Origin: an uncultured Gemmatimonadaceae bacterium
GTDB lineage: Bacteria; Gemmatimonadota; Gemmatimonadetes; Gemmatimonadales; Gemmatimonadaceae
Assembly (NCBI GenBank): GCA_963761305.1
Contig: CAVXGK010000002.1
Location: 672,001-736,000 of the forward strand
Direction of reading: 5' to 3'
DNA: 64,000 nucleotides
The notes beneath the pieces were generated by a model. That model made no database searches and had not been told where the DNA came from. It saw nothing but the letters and a program-made list of their open reading frames with translations. Positions 39,293-49,262 of the stretch are shown in pieces. Within the stretch, counting starts at the first letter, position 1; every line of letters begins with the position of its first letter. Made by a program: the position numbers and the translations under genes.

Positions 39293-41155
39293 ATGCCACG
39301 CGCCAGCAGAGTCGACGGCGATCACCGGATCGAGAACTACGGCGTGATCGGCGACATGCGCTCCATCGCGCTCGTCAGTGTCGAGGGGTCGATCGATTTC
39401 CTTTGCTATCCCGATTTCGACTCGCCGACGGTTTTCGCGGCGCTTCTCGACCGCGAACGCGGTGGCTCATTCGCGCTCAATCCGGAGTGCGACGACATGC
39501 GCGTCAAGCAACTCTATCTGCCCAACACGAACATCCTCCTCACGCGTTTGCTCTCGGAGAATGGCGTCGCCGAAATCACCGACTTCATGCCCGTCGGGAA
39601 CGGACGGGACAGGCAGCAGCGATACGGCAACCACATCATCCGAATGCTGCGCGTGATCAAGGGACAGCTGCGCTTCGCCATGCACTGCGCGCCGCGATTC
39701 GACTACGCCCGATCGAGCCACCGGGCCGAGGTGGCTCCGGGCGCGGTTGTCTTCACGCCGGATTGTTCGACGTGCCCGAGAGTGGCGTTGCACGCCACCT
39801 TTCCCCTGAAGATCGTTGGCGGCGACGCCCATGCGTCGTTCACCTTGAACCCCGGCGAGACGGCGATGATGGCATTCGGGCAAATGACCGCCGACGAGAA
39901 GATGCCCGAAGGCCCGCTCGACCCCGCCGTCGTCGGAGAGGTTTTCCTAGCGACGTCGCGCTTCTGGCGTGATTGGATAGGGCATTCGACGTATCGGGGC
40001 CGTTGGCGCGAAATGGTCGACCGGTCGGCGCTGGTGCTCAAGCTGCTGTCCAGCGCCCAGCACGGTTCGTTGATCGCCGCGGCCACGTTCGGCCTTCCGG
40101 AGAAGATCGGCGGCGCGCGGAACTGGGACTATCGCTACGCCTGGTTGCGTGATTCGGCGTTCAGCATGTACGCGATGATGAGACTTGGTTTTGTCGAGGA
40201 AGCGAATGCCTTCTCTCGGTGGATTCGCAGCCTCGCGCGCCCGGATGCCGAACAGGGGCCGCTCCAGGTGATGTATCGCGCCGACGGCAGCCGGGATCTC
40301 GATGAGATCATGCTGGACTCTCTCTCGGGCTACAGGAACTCGCGCCCCGTTCGCATCGGCAACGCGGCGCACGACCAGCTCCAGCTCGACATCTATGGCG
40401 CGCTGGCGGACGCCGTCTATCTGTCCAGCAAGTACGGTGACGCTATGTCGTACGACGAATGGCGGGACATACAACGCGGCATGGAGTGGTTGCAGGAGAA
40501 CTGGCAGCGGCCGGACGAGGGCATCTGGGAAGTCCGCGGCGGGCGACGGGAGTTCCTCCACTCTCGGCTGATGTGCTGGGTCGCGTTTGACCGGATGATT
40601 CGCCTCGCCGAGAAGCGCTCGCTCGCCGGGCCATCTGACCGCTGGCGCCAGGTTCGCGACGCGATCTCCGACGACATCTTCACGAACTTCTGGAGCGAAG
40701 ACCGCGAGGCCTTCGTGCAGCACAAGGGCGCGGACACGCTCGACGCCGCGGTGCTGCTCATGCCGCTGATGCGGTTCATCAGCCCCGTCGATCCCCGGTG
40801 GCTTTCGACCTTGGATGCCATCGAGCGAAACCTCACCGAGGACGCGCTGGTTTATCGATACGACACCGCGAGCTCGCCGGTCGACGGCCTGAGCGGGTCC
40901 GAGGGCAGCTTTACCGCGTGCTCATTCTGGTTCATAGAGTGTCTGGCGCGTGCACACCAGACGGAAAAGGCGCGCCTGCTCTTCGACAAGATGCTCGGAT
41001 ACGCCAATCATCTCGGTCTGTACTCCGAGCAGCTCGGGTCGAGCGGCGAACACTTGGGGAACTTTCCGCAGGCGTTCACGCATCTGGCGCTGATCAGCGC
41101 CGCGACCTTTCTCGATCGTGCGCTGTCGGAAACCGGGCACACAACGTGGCGTTGA
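39293..41155 (+). CDS. Glycoside hydrolase family 15 (trehalase/glucoamylase-like)
   Basis: IENYGVIGD, RNWDYRYAWLRD, GIWEVRG, GNFPQAFTHLALI. Confidence 0.95.
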   Translation: MPRASRVDGDHRIENYGVIGDMRSIALVSVEGSIDFLCYPDFDSPTVFAALLDRERGGSFALNPECDDMRVKQLYLPNTNILLTRLLSENGVAEITDFMPVGNGRDRQQRYGNHIIRMLRVIKGQLRFAMHCAPRFDYARSSHRAEVAPGAVVFTPDCSTCPRVALHATFPLKIVGGDAHASFTLNPGETAMMAFGQMTADEKMPEGPLDPAVVGEVFLATSRFWRDWIGHSTYRGRWREMVDRSALVLKLLSSAQHGSLIAAATFGLPEKIGGARNWDYRYAWLRDSAFSMYAMMRLGFVEEANAFSRWIRSLARPDAEQGPLQVMYRADGSRDLDEIMLDSLSGYRNSRPVRIGNAAHDQLQLDIYGALADAVYLSSKYGDAMSYDEWRDIQRGMEWLQENWQRPDEGIWEVRGGRREFLHSRLMCWVAFDRMIRLAEKRSLAGPSDRWRQVRDAISDDIFTNFWSEDREAFVQHKGADTLDAAVLLMPLMRFISPVDPRWLSTLDAIERNLTEDALVYRYDTASSPVDGLSGSEGSFTACSFWFIECLARAHQTEKARLLFDKMLGYANHLGLYSEQLGSSGEHLGNFPQAFTHLALISAATFLDRALSETGHTTWR

Positions 41156-41246
41156 CCCTGGCTTGTCATGATCACGAGGAGCGCGAGCGCAAGGACCGGC
41201 CTCGCGAAGGGCGCAAGAGTACCCATCGTCGTGAGGTAGCGTTCAG

Positions 41247-42119
41247 GTGAGCGATCGTCTTCGGGGTAAACTGGCCGTCGTCACCGGCGCCGCGCGCGGA
41301 ATTGGCCGAGCGGTGGCCGTGGCGATGGCGCGCGAAGGCGCCGACGTTGCCGGCATTGATATTTGCGCGGTCGTCGATTCGCAGTCTGGAGTGGTGCCGG
41401 CGACCCCGGACGATTTGCGGGAGACGGGTAGGCAAATCGAGGCGAGCGGCAGACGGTGGGTGAGCATCATCTGCGATCAGCGTGACCTCCCGGCGCTGCG
41501 CGATGCCGCCGCGCGCGCGGCACAGGAGCTCGGCGGGATCGACATCCTCTTCGCCAACGCAGGTACGCAGGCCTTTCAGCCGCTGCTCGAGATGGACGAT
41601 GCCCACTGGTGCGTCCACGTCGATGTCAATCTCACGGGGACCGCGAACGCCATTCGCGCTTTCGCACCACACATCATCAAGCGCATTGGTGGAAACGGTG
41701 GAGGACGCATCATTGTGACGACGTCGACCCAGGGCAGGCACGGCACGCTGCACGGCGCGGCCTACTCGGCCTCCAAATGGGGCATCATCGGGCTGATGAA
41801 ATCGGCGGCGCTGGAGCTCGGCCGGTACGGTATCACCGTCAACGCACTGGTGCCGGGACTCATCGACACGCCCCTCACGCGACATGAGTCGCGTTACGCG
41901 CAAGCGCTCGCCGCCACGGGCAAACAACCCTCCGGATCGGCGGCGGACGAGGAGGCCGCGCGGCAGAGCCTCATTGCCTCGTCACCGCTTGGCGTGCCCT
42001 GGATCGACCCCGAGGACATCGCCCCGGTGGTGGTTTTTCTCGCCTCTGACGAGGCGCGCATGGTTTCGGGCGCGACGTACGACGCGACGGCGGGTGACAG
42101 CGCCCACTACACGGCATGA
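41247..42119 (+). CDS. SDR family oxidoreductase
   Basis: TGAARGIG, NAG, YSASK. Confidence 0.95.
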   Translation: MSDRLRGKLAVVTGAARGIGRAVAVAMAREGADVAGIDICAVVDSQSGVVPATPDDLRETGRQIEASGRRWVSIICDQRDLPALRDAAARAAQELGGIDILFANAGTQAFQPLLEMDDAHWCVHVDVNLTGTANAIRAFAPHIIKRIGGNGGGRIIVTTSTQGRHGTLHGAAYSASKWGIIGLMKSAALELGRYGITVNALVPGLIDTPLTRHESRYAQALAATGKQPSGSAADEEAARQSLIASSPLGVPWIDPEDIAPVVVFLASDEARMVSGATYDATAGDSAHYTA

Positions 42120-42173
42120 GCGCAGCGGAAGGATCCGGGAACACGACGTGGCGTTGATCCCGGTCCAGCACTT

Positions 42174-43097
42174 TCATGCCGCGATCGAATCGCCTTGCTC
42201 CTGAGGGGGTGTGCTTCCCGAGTCGTGCGCCGCCAACTCGCTGATGGCTGACCAGTCCAGATGATCGCCTCCACGCGCCGCCAGCGCGAGAAACCGGTCG
42301 CGGAGCAAGCTGGCGATTGGGAGCGGCACGCATAGCTCCTCAGCCGCCGCGAGAGCGAGGCGGATGTCCTTCCGCGCGAGCAGCGCGGCGAATCCGGCTG
42401 GCTCGAACCTCCGCTCCGCGACGAGCGATCCGTACGTCTTGTACACGGGCGCTCCGAAGAGCGTCGACGTGAGCAGTTCGACATACATCCGCCGGTCGAT
42501 GCCGCCTTTGTCGATGAGCGCCATTGCCTCGCCGAGCGACTCGATCACCGACGCGATCAGAAAATTGCCGCTGAGCTTGACGAGGTTGGCCGCGCTTGGT
42601 GTCTCTGAAACCACGAAGGTCTTCTGTCCGATCGCGTCGAGCAGAGGCCGCGCCGTCGTGATGGCGTCATGGGAGCCCGCTGCAACCACAAACAGCTTTC
42701 CCACCGCGGCGACGTCCGGACGTCCGAATACCGGCGCGGCGATGAAGCGTTGGCCGCCACGGGCGTGCCGCTCCGTCAGGTCCGCCGACAACGCCACGCT
42801 GATCGTGCTCGACGAAATATGGATCCCGTCCTTGGGTAGGTTCGCGAGAATACCATCGTTGCTGGAGACAACCTCGTTCACCGCGTGGTCGTCTGCCAAT
42901 ATCGTAATGACGGCGTCGCCTCGGCACGCATCGCTCACGGTGGCAGCCAAATGCGCTCCCTTCGCAACCAGCGGCGTCGCCTTCTCGCGGGTCCGGTTAT
43001 AGACCGTCACCTCAAAGCCGCTTCGCATTAGGCTGGCGGCAATACCGCTTCCCATGTGGCCCAGTCCGATGACGCCGACTTTCATTTCACCTGTCAC
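42174..43097 (-). CDS. NAD(P)-dependent oxidoreductase, 3-hydroxyisobutyrate/6PGDH family
   Basis: GVIGLGHMG, YNRT, APVFGRP, VKLSGNF, KDIRLAL. Confidence 0.93.
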   Translation of the reverse strand: MTGEMKVGVIGLGHMGSGIAASLMRSGFEVTVYNRTREKATPLVAKGAHLAATVSDACRGDAVITILADDHAVNEVVSSNDGILANLPKDGIHISSSTISVALSADLTERHARGGQRFIAAPVFGRPDVAAVGKLFVVAAGSHDAITTARPLLDAIGQKTFVVSETPSAANLVKLSGNFLIASVIESLGEAMALIDKGGIDRRMYVELLTSTLFGAPVYKTYGSLVAERRFEPAGFAALLARKDIRLALAAAEELCVPLPIASLLRDRFLALAARGGDHLDWSAISELAAHDSGSTPPQEQGDSIAA

Positions 43098-43119
43098 TGA
43101 ATACTCCGATGTCTCGCGA

Positions 43120-44436
43120 TTAATGTGTTGGCGGCTTGGGCTGAGTCGGTTTTGGACCGAATGCTCGAGCCGTGTCTCGTTGCGGTCGTGACGTGAGGGA
43201 CAGCTGACGCTGGCGTATCAGTTCGCGGACGCCCAGCTCCTTGTAGGCTGGACTCGTGAGCGACGCCATCAGCGCTACCAGATCGGCGATATCCTGCTCG
43301 GTGAGCGCTAGCGGTTGGATATCGGGGTCGAGATACGGATTCTCAACCCCATCGCCCTTGTTGTAGTGGTCCACGACGTCCCACAGCGTGTTGGCGGAGC
43401 CATCGTGAAAGTACGGGCCGGTCACGAGCACGTTGCGAAGATCAGGACTCTTGAACGAAGCGATGTCCGCCGGTTTCCGCGTCACGAGGTAGCGGCCGAT
43501 CGCGGACATGGGAGAAATGATGGCCGCGCGGTCGATCGAGGCCGTGTCGCCCTTTTCAACGAGCTCCTCCGCCTGCTGAGCCATCTCGACGACGCGGTGT
43601 CGCACGATGCCGACGCCGATGTTGTGAAAATCGTTGTCGGTGAAGGTCGTGGGCCGTGATGTCGTATCGGTGAGCGCGTGGCACTTGTTACAACGCGCCT
43701 GGGTGTTGAAGAGCTTCCACCCGCGGCGAGCCGAGGCGTCGATCGCGCTGGAGTCTCCCGCCACGAAATGGTCGAATGGCGAGTCGAACGCCACCTGCGA
43801 CCGCTCATACGACGCGATTGCGCGCGCGAGGTCGCCACCGTTGATGGGACGTCCAAAGATGGTCTGGAACGCCCGGCGATACTCCGTGATCGCGGCGATT
43901 CGCGCCACCGCGCTATCGATGTTCGGCTGTCCCATCTCGACGGGATTCGTGATCGGGAAAATGACCTGTTGCTCGAGTGTGCCGGCACGGCCATCCCAGA
44001 ACTGCGTCACGTTGTACAGGGCATTCAAGATGGTGGGAGCGTTCCGTTGACCGAGCCTGTTCCCGATCCCGACGGAGACGGCCCGACCGTCGGTGAACGC
44101 AAGCTGCGGGTTGTGGCAGCTGCTGCAGGCCACCGTTCCATTCGCGGACAGTCTTCCGTCGAAGAACAGCTTTTCACCGAGTGCCACCTTCGCCGGAGTT
44201 TGGGGATTGTCCAGGGGGATCACGGCGCGGGTCAGCGCGAGCGGTACACCGACCTGTTGCAAGGACTTGGGCTCGGCGAGGGCATCTGGGGTCGGAATCG
44301 GGCCCAGGGGTTTCGCCGACGTGCGAAACGCGGCGGACGCCAAGCTTCCCGAGTCGGACCTCGACCTGTCGCGCTCGCAGGCACCGAGCAACAACACACA
44401 GGCTGTCGTGCTCGTGACGGCAGTCCGCCGAACCAT
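43120..44436 (-). CDS. Di-heme cytochrome c peroxidase (bCcP/MauG family) lipoprotein
   Basis: Lipobox LGAC; LGEKLFFD, CSSCH, RNAPT, QFWDGRA, CNKCH, FKSPDLRNV, PYFHDGS. Confidence 0.93.
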   Translation of the reverse strand: MVRRTAVTSTTACVLLLGACERDRSRSDSGSLASAAFRTSAKPLGPIPTPDALAEPKSLQQVGVPLALTRAVIPLDNPQTPAKVALGEKLFFDGRLSANGTVACSSCHNPQLAFTDGRAVSVGIGNRLGQRNAPTILNALYNVTQFWDGRAGTLEQQVIFPITNPVEMGQPNIDSAVARIAAITEYRRAFQTIFGRPINGGDLARAIASYERSQVAFDSPFDHFVAGDSSAIDASARRGWKLFNTQARCNKCHALTDTTSRPTTFTDNDFHNIGVGIVRHRVVEMAQQAEELVEKGDTASIDRAAIISPMSAIGRYLVTRKPADIASFKSPDLRNVLVTGPYFHDGSANTLWDVVDHYNKGDGVENPYLDPDIQPLALTEQDIADLVALMASLTSPAYKELGVRELIRQRQLSLTSRPQRDTARAFGPKPTQPKPPTH

Positions 44437-44616
44437 CGAGTTCGTCGCGCGGATTGCGCGAATCGCCTGAACGAGTTGTTCTCGCACGCGACGCGTCGCC
44501 GCACGATCGATGCCCGGCAGGGCCGGTCCAGCGCGTCTGCGCCTACCTGCACGATTTGGTCGATCCCACAAACGCCGTCGATGAGCACCAACGCGCCGTT
44601 CTATGGCGTGAGCAGA

Positions 44617-44760
44617 GCGATCACGCACGCGTCATACAACCAGCAGAAGGACAACCCGTCGGTCACGGAGATCGTCGAGATCCCGAACCGCGGGCACGCG
44701 CTGACGATCCGAGGCCGCGGACAAGGCGCTCGAGTTCGTTCGCCGATTCGTTTTGACGGT
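44617..44760 (+). pseudogene. C-terminal remnant of an alpha/beta hydrolase
   Basis: AITHASYNQQKDNPSVTEIVEIPNRGHALTI, then after a frameshift/deletion EAADKALEFVRRFV. Confidence 0.6.
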
Positions 44761-44768
44761 GAACCGTG

Positions 44769-44818
44769 CAACACAGACTCGCGCTCGTAGGTGCCTCTAC
44801 GAGCGCGAGTCTGTGTTG
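44769..44818. terminator. Perfect 22-bp-stem hairpin
   Basis: CAACACAGACTCGCGCTCGTAG-gtgcct-CTACGAGCGCGAGTCTGTGTTG between convergent 3' ends; no poly-U tail. Confidence 0.6.
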
Positions 44819-44852
44819 TCCGTTCGGCGCGCGGACGAACGATGACTGAGGG

Positions 44853-45401
44853 CTAGCCGCGGAGCGTGCGTTGCGCGCGCACCGCCTGGGGGATCGACAA
44901 GTTCGTGCGCAGAATCGTTCCGCCGTACCCGCGGAATTTTTCGGCGACGAGATCGGGATCGGCCGTGCGCGCGAGAACGAAGACAGCGGACTCGCCAGGG
45001 TTGATCAACTTGCCGACCTGATCGACGAAATCCTGCGTAATGCCGTAGCGTTTTTTGAAATCCGTGGCGTCCTCCGCACCCATGGCGGCTCCGCCGATCG
45101 CACCGCCGGCCGCGCCGGCACCCACCGCGCCGGCCGCTGCCGCTGCGCTCAGTCCGCCCGTGAAGGGCGCGGCCAGCAGCCCACCGAGCAACGCGCCGGC
45201 GATCAACCCCAAGTCCGCTCCTTGTCCGCGCGTCGCTTGCACGCTCTGATCGATGCGCAGCTCGCCGTCATCGGTTCGATACGCTGAGACGCCATCCTTC
45301 AGATCGATCACCCAGCTGTCATCCAGCTTTTGCAATTCGGAGAGCACTTCGGACGCGCGGCGGGTTCCCTTGAACCCGATGACGATCAGATTGTCAGCCA
45401 T
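44853..45401 (-). CDS. DUF1269 family membrane protein
   Basis: GAAGGA RBS; NLIVIGF, Gly/Ala zipper, GITQDFV..INPGESAVFVL, GGTILRTNLS. Confidence 0.9.
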   Translation of the reverse strand: MADNLIVIGFKGTRRASEVLSELQKLDDSWVIDLKDGVSAYRTDDGELRIDQSVQATRGQGADLGLIAGALLGGLLAAPFTGGLSAAAAAGAVGAGAAGGAIGGAAMGAEDATDFKKRYGITQDFVDQVGKLINPGESAVFVLARTADPDLVAEKFRGYGGTILRTNLSIPQAVRAQRTLRG

Positions 45402-45540
45402 GAGCATTCCTTCCACCGAGTCGGTGGTGTTGGGCGTCGCACAAACGGGGGCGGGCACGCTAACGGTGCGTCGCGCGTCGCGTCATTGGCCTTTCGGCGT
45501 AGTCATCGAGCTCATCGACCGCGCACTCTCGATCCGTCAG

Positions 45541-45778
45541 ACGAGGGGCGGTCACGGAGCGCGGAGACATGGAACGAGGATGCGGGACGAGTGCGGTGAC
45601 GGAGTGCGGAGACATGGAACGAGGATGCGGGACGAGTGCGGTGACGGAGTGCGGAGACATGGAACGAGGATGCGGGACGAGTGCGGTGACGGAGTGCGGA
45701 GACATGGAACGAGGATGCGGGACGAGTGCGGTGACGGAGTGCGGAGACATGGAACGAGGATGCGGGACGAGTGCGGTG
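45541..45778. repeat. 45-bp tandem repeat, ~5.3 copies
   Basis: GCGGAGACATGGAACGAGGATGCGGGACGAGTGCGGTGACGGAGT at 45561, 45606, 45651, 45696, 45741 (last partial); no spacers. Confidence 0.97.
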
Positions 45779-45864
45779 GTGCTTCTCGCGAGTAGCAGCG
45801 CTCGCCAAGCGTCCCCTGGCGCTGTATGCTCGAGGGTTCTTTCAACCCTCGGCGGGAGACGACA

Positions 45865-46449
45865 ATGTCAGACGTCATTCGCGCTGCATACCGTCGTACC
45901 TGGTGGGCGCTCGTTCTCCGCGGTCTCCTCGGCATTGCGATCGGAGTCCTGATCTTCTGGAAACCGCTCGACTCGATCGCGACGCTCGCGTTGGTCATCG
46001 CATGGTGGGCGCTGTTCGGGGGAACCGTCCAGGTCGTCCACTCGTTCGCACTCCGCTCGATTTTTCCGCAGTGGTGGGTCCTGCTGCTGAGCGGCATCGT
46101 GGGGATCGTGTTCGGCGTCGCCGCCTTGCGAAATTATCCCGGGCTCTCGCTCGCGTTCGCGGTGATCTGGGTCGCGTGGTGGCTGCTGATCACCGGCGTG
46201 TTCGCGATTTCCGCCGCCGTGCTGGAGCGCAGGATGGGAGTGTCGTGGGGGTGGACGCTCGCCTTCGGCTTGGTCGCTGTGGTCGCGGGCATCTTTGCGC
46301 TCATGTCACCGGGAGCAACGTTGGCTTCGATCATGGGACTCATCGCCGGATTCGCGCTCGTGAGCGGGATCGTTCATCTCATGGGGGCGTTCTCGCTTTC
46401 GAGGGCGAAGGACGACGTCGTCGACCAGGCGACCAGAACGGCGGCCTAG
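45865..46449 (+). CDS. HdeD/DUF308 family membrane protein
   Basis: GGAG RBS; WWALVLRGLLGIAIG; repeated TM hairpins. Confidence 0.9.
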   Translation: MSDVIRAAYRRTWWALVLRGLLGIAIGVLIFWKPLDSIATLALVIAWWALFGGTVQVVHSFALRSIFPQWWVLLLSGIVGIVFGVAALRNYPGLSLAFAVIWVAWWLLITGVFAISAAVLERRMGVSWGWTLAFGLVAVVAGIFALMSPGATLASIMGLIAGFALVSGIVHLMGAFSLSRAKDDVVDQATRTAA

Positions 46450-46494
46450 GCCGCCTACGACTTATCTTTCGCGCGCCGCCTACCGTCGATCAGC

Positions 46495-46722
46495 ATGCTG
46501 TCAAAGAAGGCAATTCAGGGACTCCGCCAAGTCGCGGAGTCCAGTGCACGCGCCCAGCCCGACGAAGAGCTCAAGGCGGACGCCGAGACCGTGGACCGCG
46601 TCTCGAAGCGCGTGCACTCGGAAGTTGCGCGAACCGCGTTCGTCGTCCTGGCGGAGGTCTACCACGCCGAGATCGCACGTCGAACGACGACTCGACCGCG
46701 AAGGAAGAAGACGAGCGGCTAG
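46495..46722 (+). CDS. Small hypothetical protein
   Basis: 75-aa helical ORF filling the gap, GC3-rich codons. Confidence 0.55.
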   Translation: MLSKKAIQGLRQVAESSARAQPDEELKADAETVDRVSKRVHSEVARTAFVVLAEVYHAEIARRTTTRPRRKKTSG

Positions 46723-46758
46723 CGCTGCCGTGAAATAGTCGCCCGTCGCGACGCGACC

Positions 46759-47553
46759 TTACGGGGATTTTCGCGCCGCCTGCGTGACGTTCGCCGCTTT
46801 CATGATGACGGCAGCGACATCCGCCGGCTTCGACAACATCGCCAGGTGGCTCGTGCTGAGCTCCGTCGTCGTTGCGTTCATGCGTTTGGCGAAGAAGCGC
46901 TCCTCGTCAGGCGGGATCGCCTCGTCCAACTTCGCGACGATGTACCACGACGGCTTCGCCTTCCACGCGGCGTTCGAGACCTGAGTGCCGAAGGACGCGG
47001 CCAGGATCGGCCCCTGCGCGGCGGCGAGCACGCGCGCCTCGGACGCCGGCAGATCTGACGCGAAATGCTTCACGAACGCGTCGGTCGAGAGCGTCATGAA
47101 GCCCGACTTGTCGACGATCGGAGCGGCGAGCGCCGCGGGTGTCGGATAGTTCTTGCCGAGGTCACTCACTACCTCACCAACATCAGGGGCGAACGCCGCG
47201 ACGTAGACGAGGCTGACCACTTTCGGATCCACCCCCGCCTCGGTGATGACGGTGCCGGCCCAAGAGTGGCCAACGAGAACGACGGGGCCGGTCTGCAGGT
47301 CGAGAGCGCGTTTGGTCGCCGCGACATCATCGGTGAACGACGTCAGAGGATTCTGCACCGCTGTGACGTTGTAGCCGTTGGCCTGAAGGATCGGGATGAC
47401 CTTCGCCCAACTCGACCCGTCGGCGAACGCGCCGTGAACGAGGACAATCGCGGGCCGTGCGGCTTGTGCGCCGGCGAAATTCGCGAATACGCAAAGGAGC
47501 GTAGCGGCGGCCGTCACGCCGAGGACGCGGTTGGCGCGCGTGAAGACTCTCAT
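46759..47553 (-). CDS. Secreted alpha/beta hydrolase (Abhydrolase_6)
   Basis: GGAGG RBS; signal peptide; VLVHGAFADGSSW, GHSWAG, SHLAMLS. Confidence 0.93.
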   Translation of the reverse strand: MRVFTRANRVLGVTAAATLLCVFANFAGAQAARPAIVLVHGAFADGSSWAKVIPILQANGYNVTAVQNPLTSFTDDVAATKRALDLQTGPVVLVGHSWAGTVITEAGVDPKVVSLVYVAAFAPDVGEVVSDLGKNYPTPAALAAPIVDKSGFMTLSTDAFVKHFASDLPASEARVLAAAQGPILAASFGTQVSNAAWKAKPSWYIVAKLDEAIPPDEERFFAKRMNATTTELSTSHLAMLSKPADVAAVIMKAANVTQAARKSP

Positions 47554-47672
47554 CGAACCCTCCCCGATGGTGGAATGGCGTCGAGCGCTCGAGGTGAGCG
47601 CGAGCCGCTGAAATTCTTGACGCAGAAATCCGTGCGCCATTGGCCTTTCGTCGCAGCGGTGAGCGAGCGTGG

Positions 47673-47688
47673 CGGCACTCGTATTGCG
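47673..47688 (+). promoter_or_regulatory. Sigma54 -24/-12 promoter candidate
   Basis: CGGCAC-TCGTA-TTGCG matches YGGCAC-N5-TTGC, ~105 bp upstream of ORF 47793. Confidence 0.5.
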
Positions 47689-47792
47689 CGGCGCGGCCGT
47701 GACTCGCGTTTGATCGCAAGGGAACGTTCGTTTCTTTCGCGCAACGAGAACGTAACGACGCTTCGACTTGCGATCGCGGCGCGACGAACCGC

Positions 47793-48230
47793 ATGTTCGG
47801 GGAAATGGACGAACTTCCTCGCGAGACCGTTGAAGACATGCTCGCCGATCCGACGCGGCTTCTCGCCGTGAAGGAGAAGATCGGCTCGTTGGTTGCGGCC
47901 TGGGACGCGCGAGCGTCGCTCGAGATCGAGCTCTCACCGCTGTGGCGTTACTGCTCCACGGACGGCTGGGGCATCTTCGACGGCGGCGATTGCATCGTGT
48001 CGCGCTTGCCGCACACGAGCACGGTCGCCGTCTCGGGGCGCCCGTATCGTCGGTTCACCAAGTACCTCGTCCACGCCATCGCGGCCGAGTTGGCGGCGCG
48101 AGGCGTGCCGACGGTTCAGCTGGTGCCGCCTGAGTCCGCGGTCGTCGTGACGCCCAATGAGTTTGCGCGCGCGTGGAGGACGCTCAACGAGCCGGCGCTT
48201 CCTTCCCCTCGGAAACCTGACGTGATTTGA
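47793..48230 (+). CDS. Hypothetical protein
   Basis: 145-aa ORF, normal composition, fills the gap. Confidence 0.65.
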   Translation: MFGEMDELPRETVEDMLADPTRLLAVKEKIGSLVAAWDARASLEIELSPLWRYCSTDGWGIFDGGDCIVSRLPHTSTVAVSGRPYRRFTKYLVHAIAAELAARGVPTVQLVPPESAVVVTPNEFARAWRTLNEPALPSPRKPDVI

Positions 48231-48265
48231 AGACGGTGGGCGCGCCTACGTCGCGCGTCTTCTCA

Positions 48266-49165
48266 TCACTGTCCGACGACCGTTCCGTTCGCGCGCAGCG
48301 CTCGGAAAAGAAATCCTCCGACGCGCCGTTCGTATTCGGCTCTGTCGTACGCGTAGAGGTCCTCGTGCCCAGCACCCTCGACCGGCCAATAGGACTTGGG
48401 GGCGGGGGCGTGCGCGTAGAGCGACTCCGCTTCGGCGATGGGCGTATACGGATCGTCGGTGCCGGAAAGGAACAACAGCGGCGCGTGCAGCTCCGCGATC
48501 CGATCGATCGGCCGCAACTCCGTTTCCGTGACGCCGATGTCGTTGCCGACAAAATGAATGACGGCCGGCGTGAACAGTCGCGCCACGCTGCCCAGCGGAC
48601 CAAGCCATGTGCCGAGCCGATCGCTCACCGCCTGGTGAATCGTCGGATAGACAGACTCGAGGACGAAGGCGTTCGCGTCGAGCGGGCCGGGGCCGAGCAG
48701 CGCCGCCGCGCCTCCCATCGAGATACCGATCACTCCGACTCGCTCCGCGGGCATCGCGTTGCGCAGAAAGGTCATCGACGCCGCAGCATCGAGGCTTTCA
48801 CGCGCGCCGAACGTGACGTGGTCGCCGGGCGACTCGCCGTGCGCCTGGAGGTCGGGCGCCAGCACCGTGAACCCGAGACGGTGCAGGAATCTCGCGCGAG
48901 CGAGCATGCTCGTCCGATTCGAGCCGACACCGTGGAGGAGCAGCACCGAACCGGCGCCAGGCGCTCCGCGCGCCAGCCACGCGTGAATGTTGCTGCCTGA
49001 GCTGCTCTGGTAGGTCACACTCACGGCGCCAAGATCCGCTGGGGCGGCTCCGATGGACACTTGAGAGGGACGCGCCATGATACAGCCCGTCATGGCCACC
49101 AGTGCCGCGAGCCATGCGGCGGCGAGGGCGGATGAATTGCGACTCGATGATGGCGACGTGGGCAA
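48266..49165 (-). CDS. Alpha/beta hydrolase (YqkD/Bem46-like); start uncertain
   Basis: LLLHG, DLQAHGES, GISMGG, GTDD, GAGHED; TATACT -10 candidate at 49225-49230. Confidence 0.88.
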   Translation of the reverse strand: MPTSPSSSRNSSALAAAWLAALVAMTGCIMARPSQVSIGAAPADLGAVSVTYQSSSGSNIHAWLARGAPGAGSVLLLHGVGSNRTSMLARARFLHRLGFTVLAPDLQAHGESPGDHVTFGARESLDAAASMTFLRNAMPAERVGVIGISMGGAAALLGPGPLDANAFVLESVYPTIHQAVSDRLGTWLGPLGSVARLFTPAVIHFVGNDIGVTETELRPIDRIAELHAPLLFLSGTDDPYTPIAEAESLYAHAPAPKSYWPVEGAGHEDLYAYDRAEYERRVGGFLFRALRANGTVVGQ

Positions 49166-49262
49166 TGCCTCGGCGGGAACACCGGTGACGAAACAATGGA
49201 CGGCAGGAGCCGTCCATTGCTGATAGTATACCGGTTGTACTAGAAATCGTTCGTTTCGTGAC

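Noticed and set aside
45541..45778. CRISPR array
   Set aside because: Units are contiguous and identical with no unique spacers; no cas genes in the window
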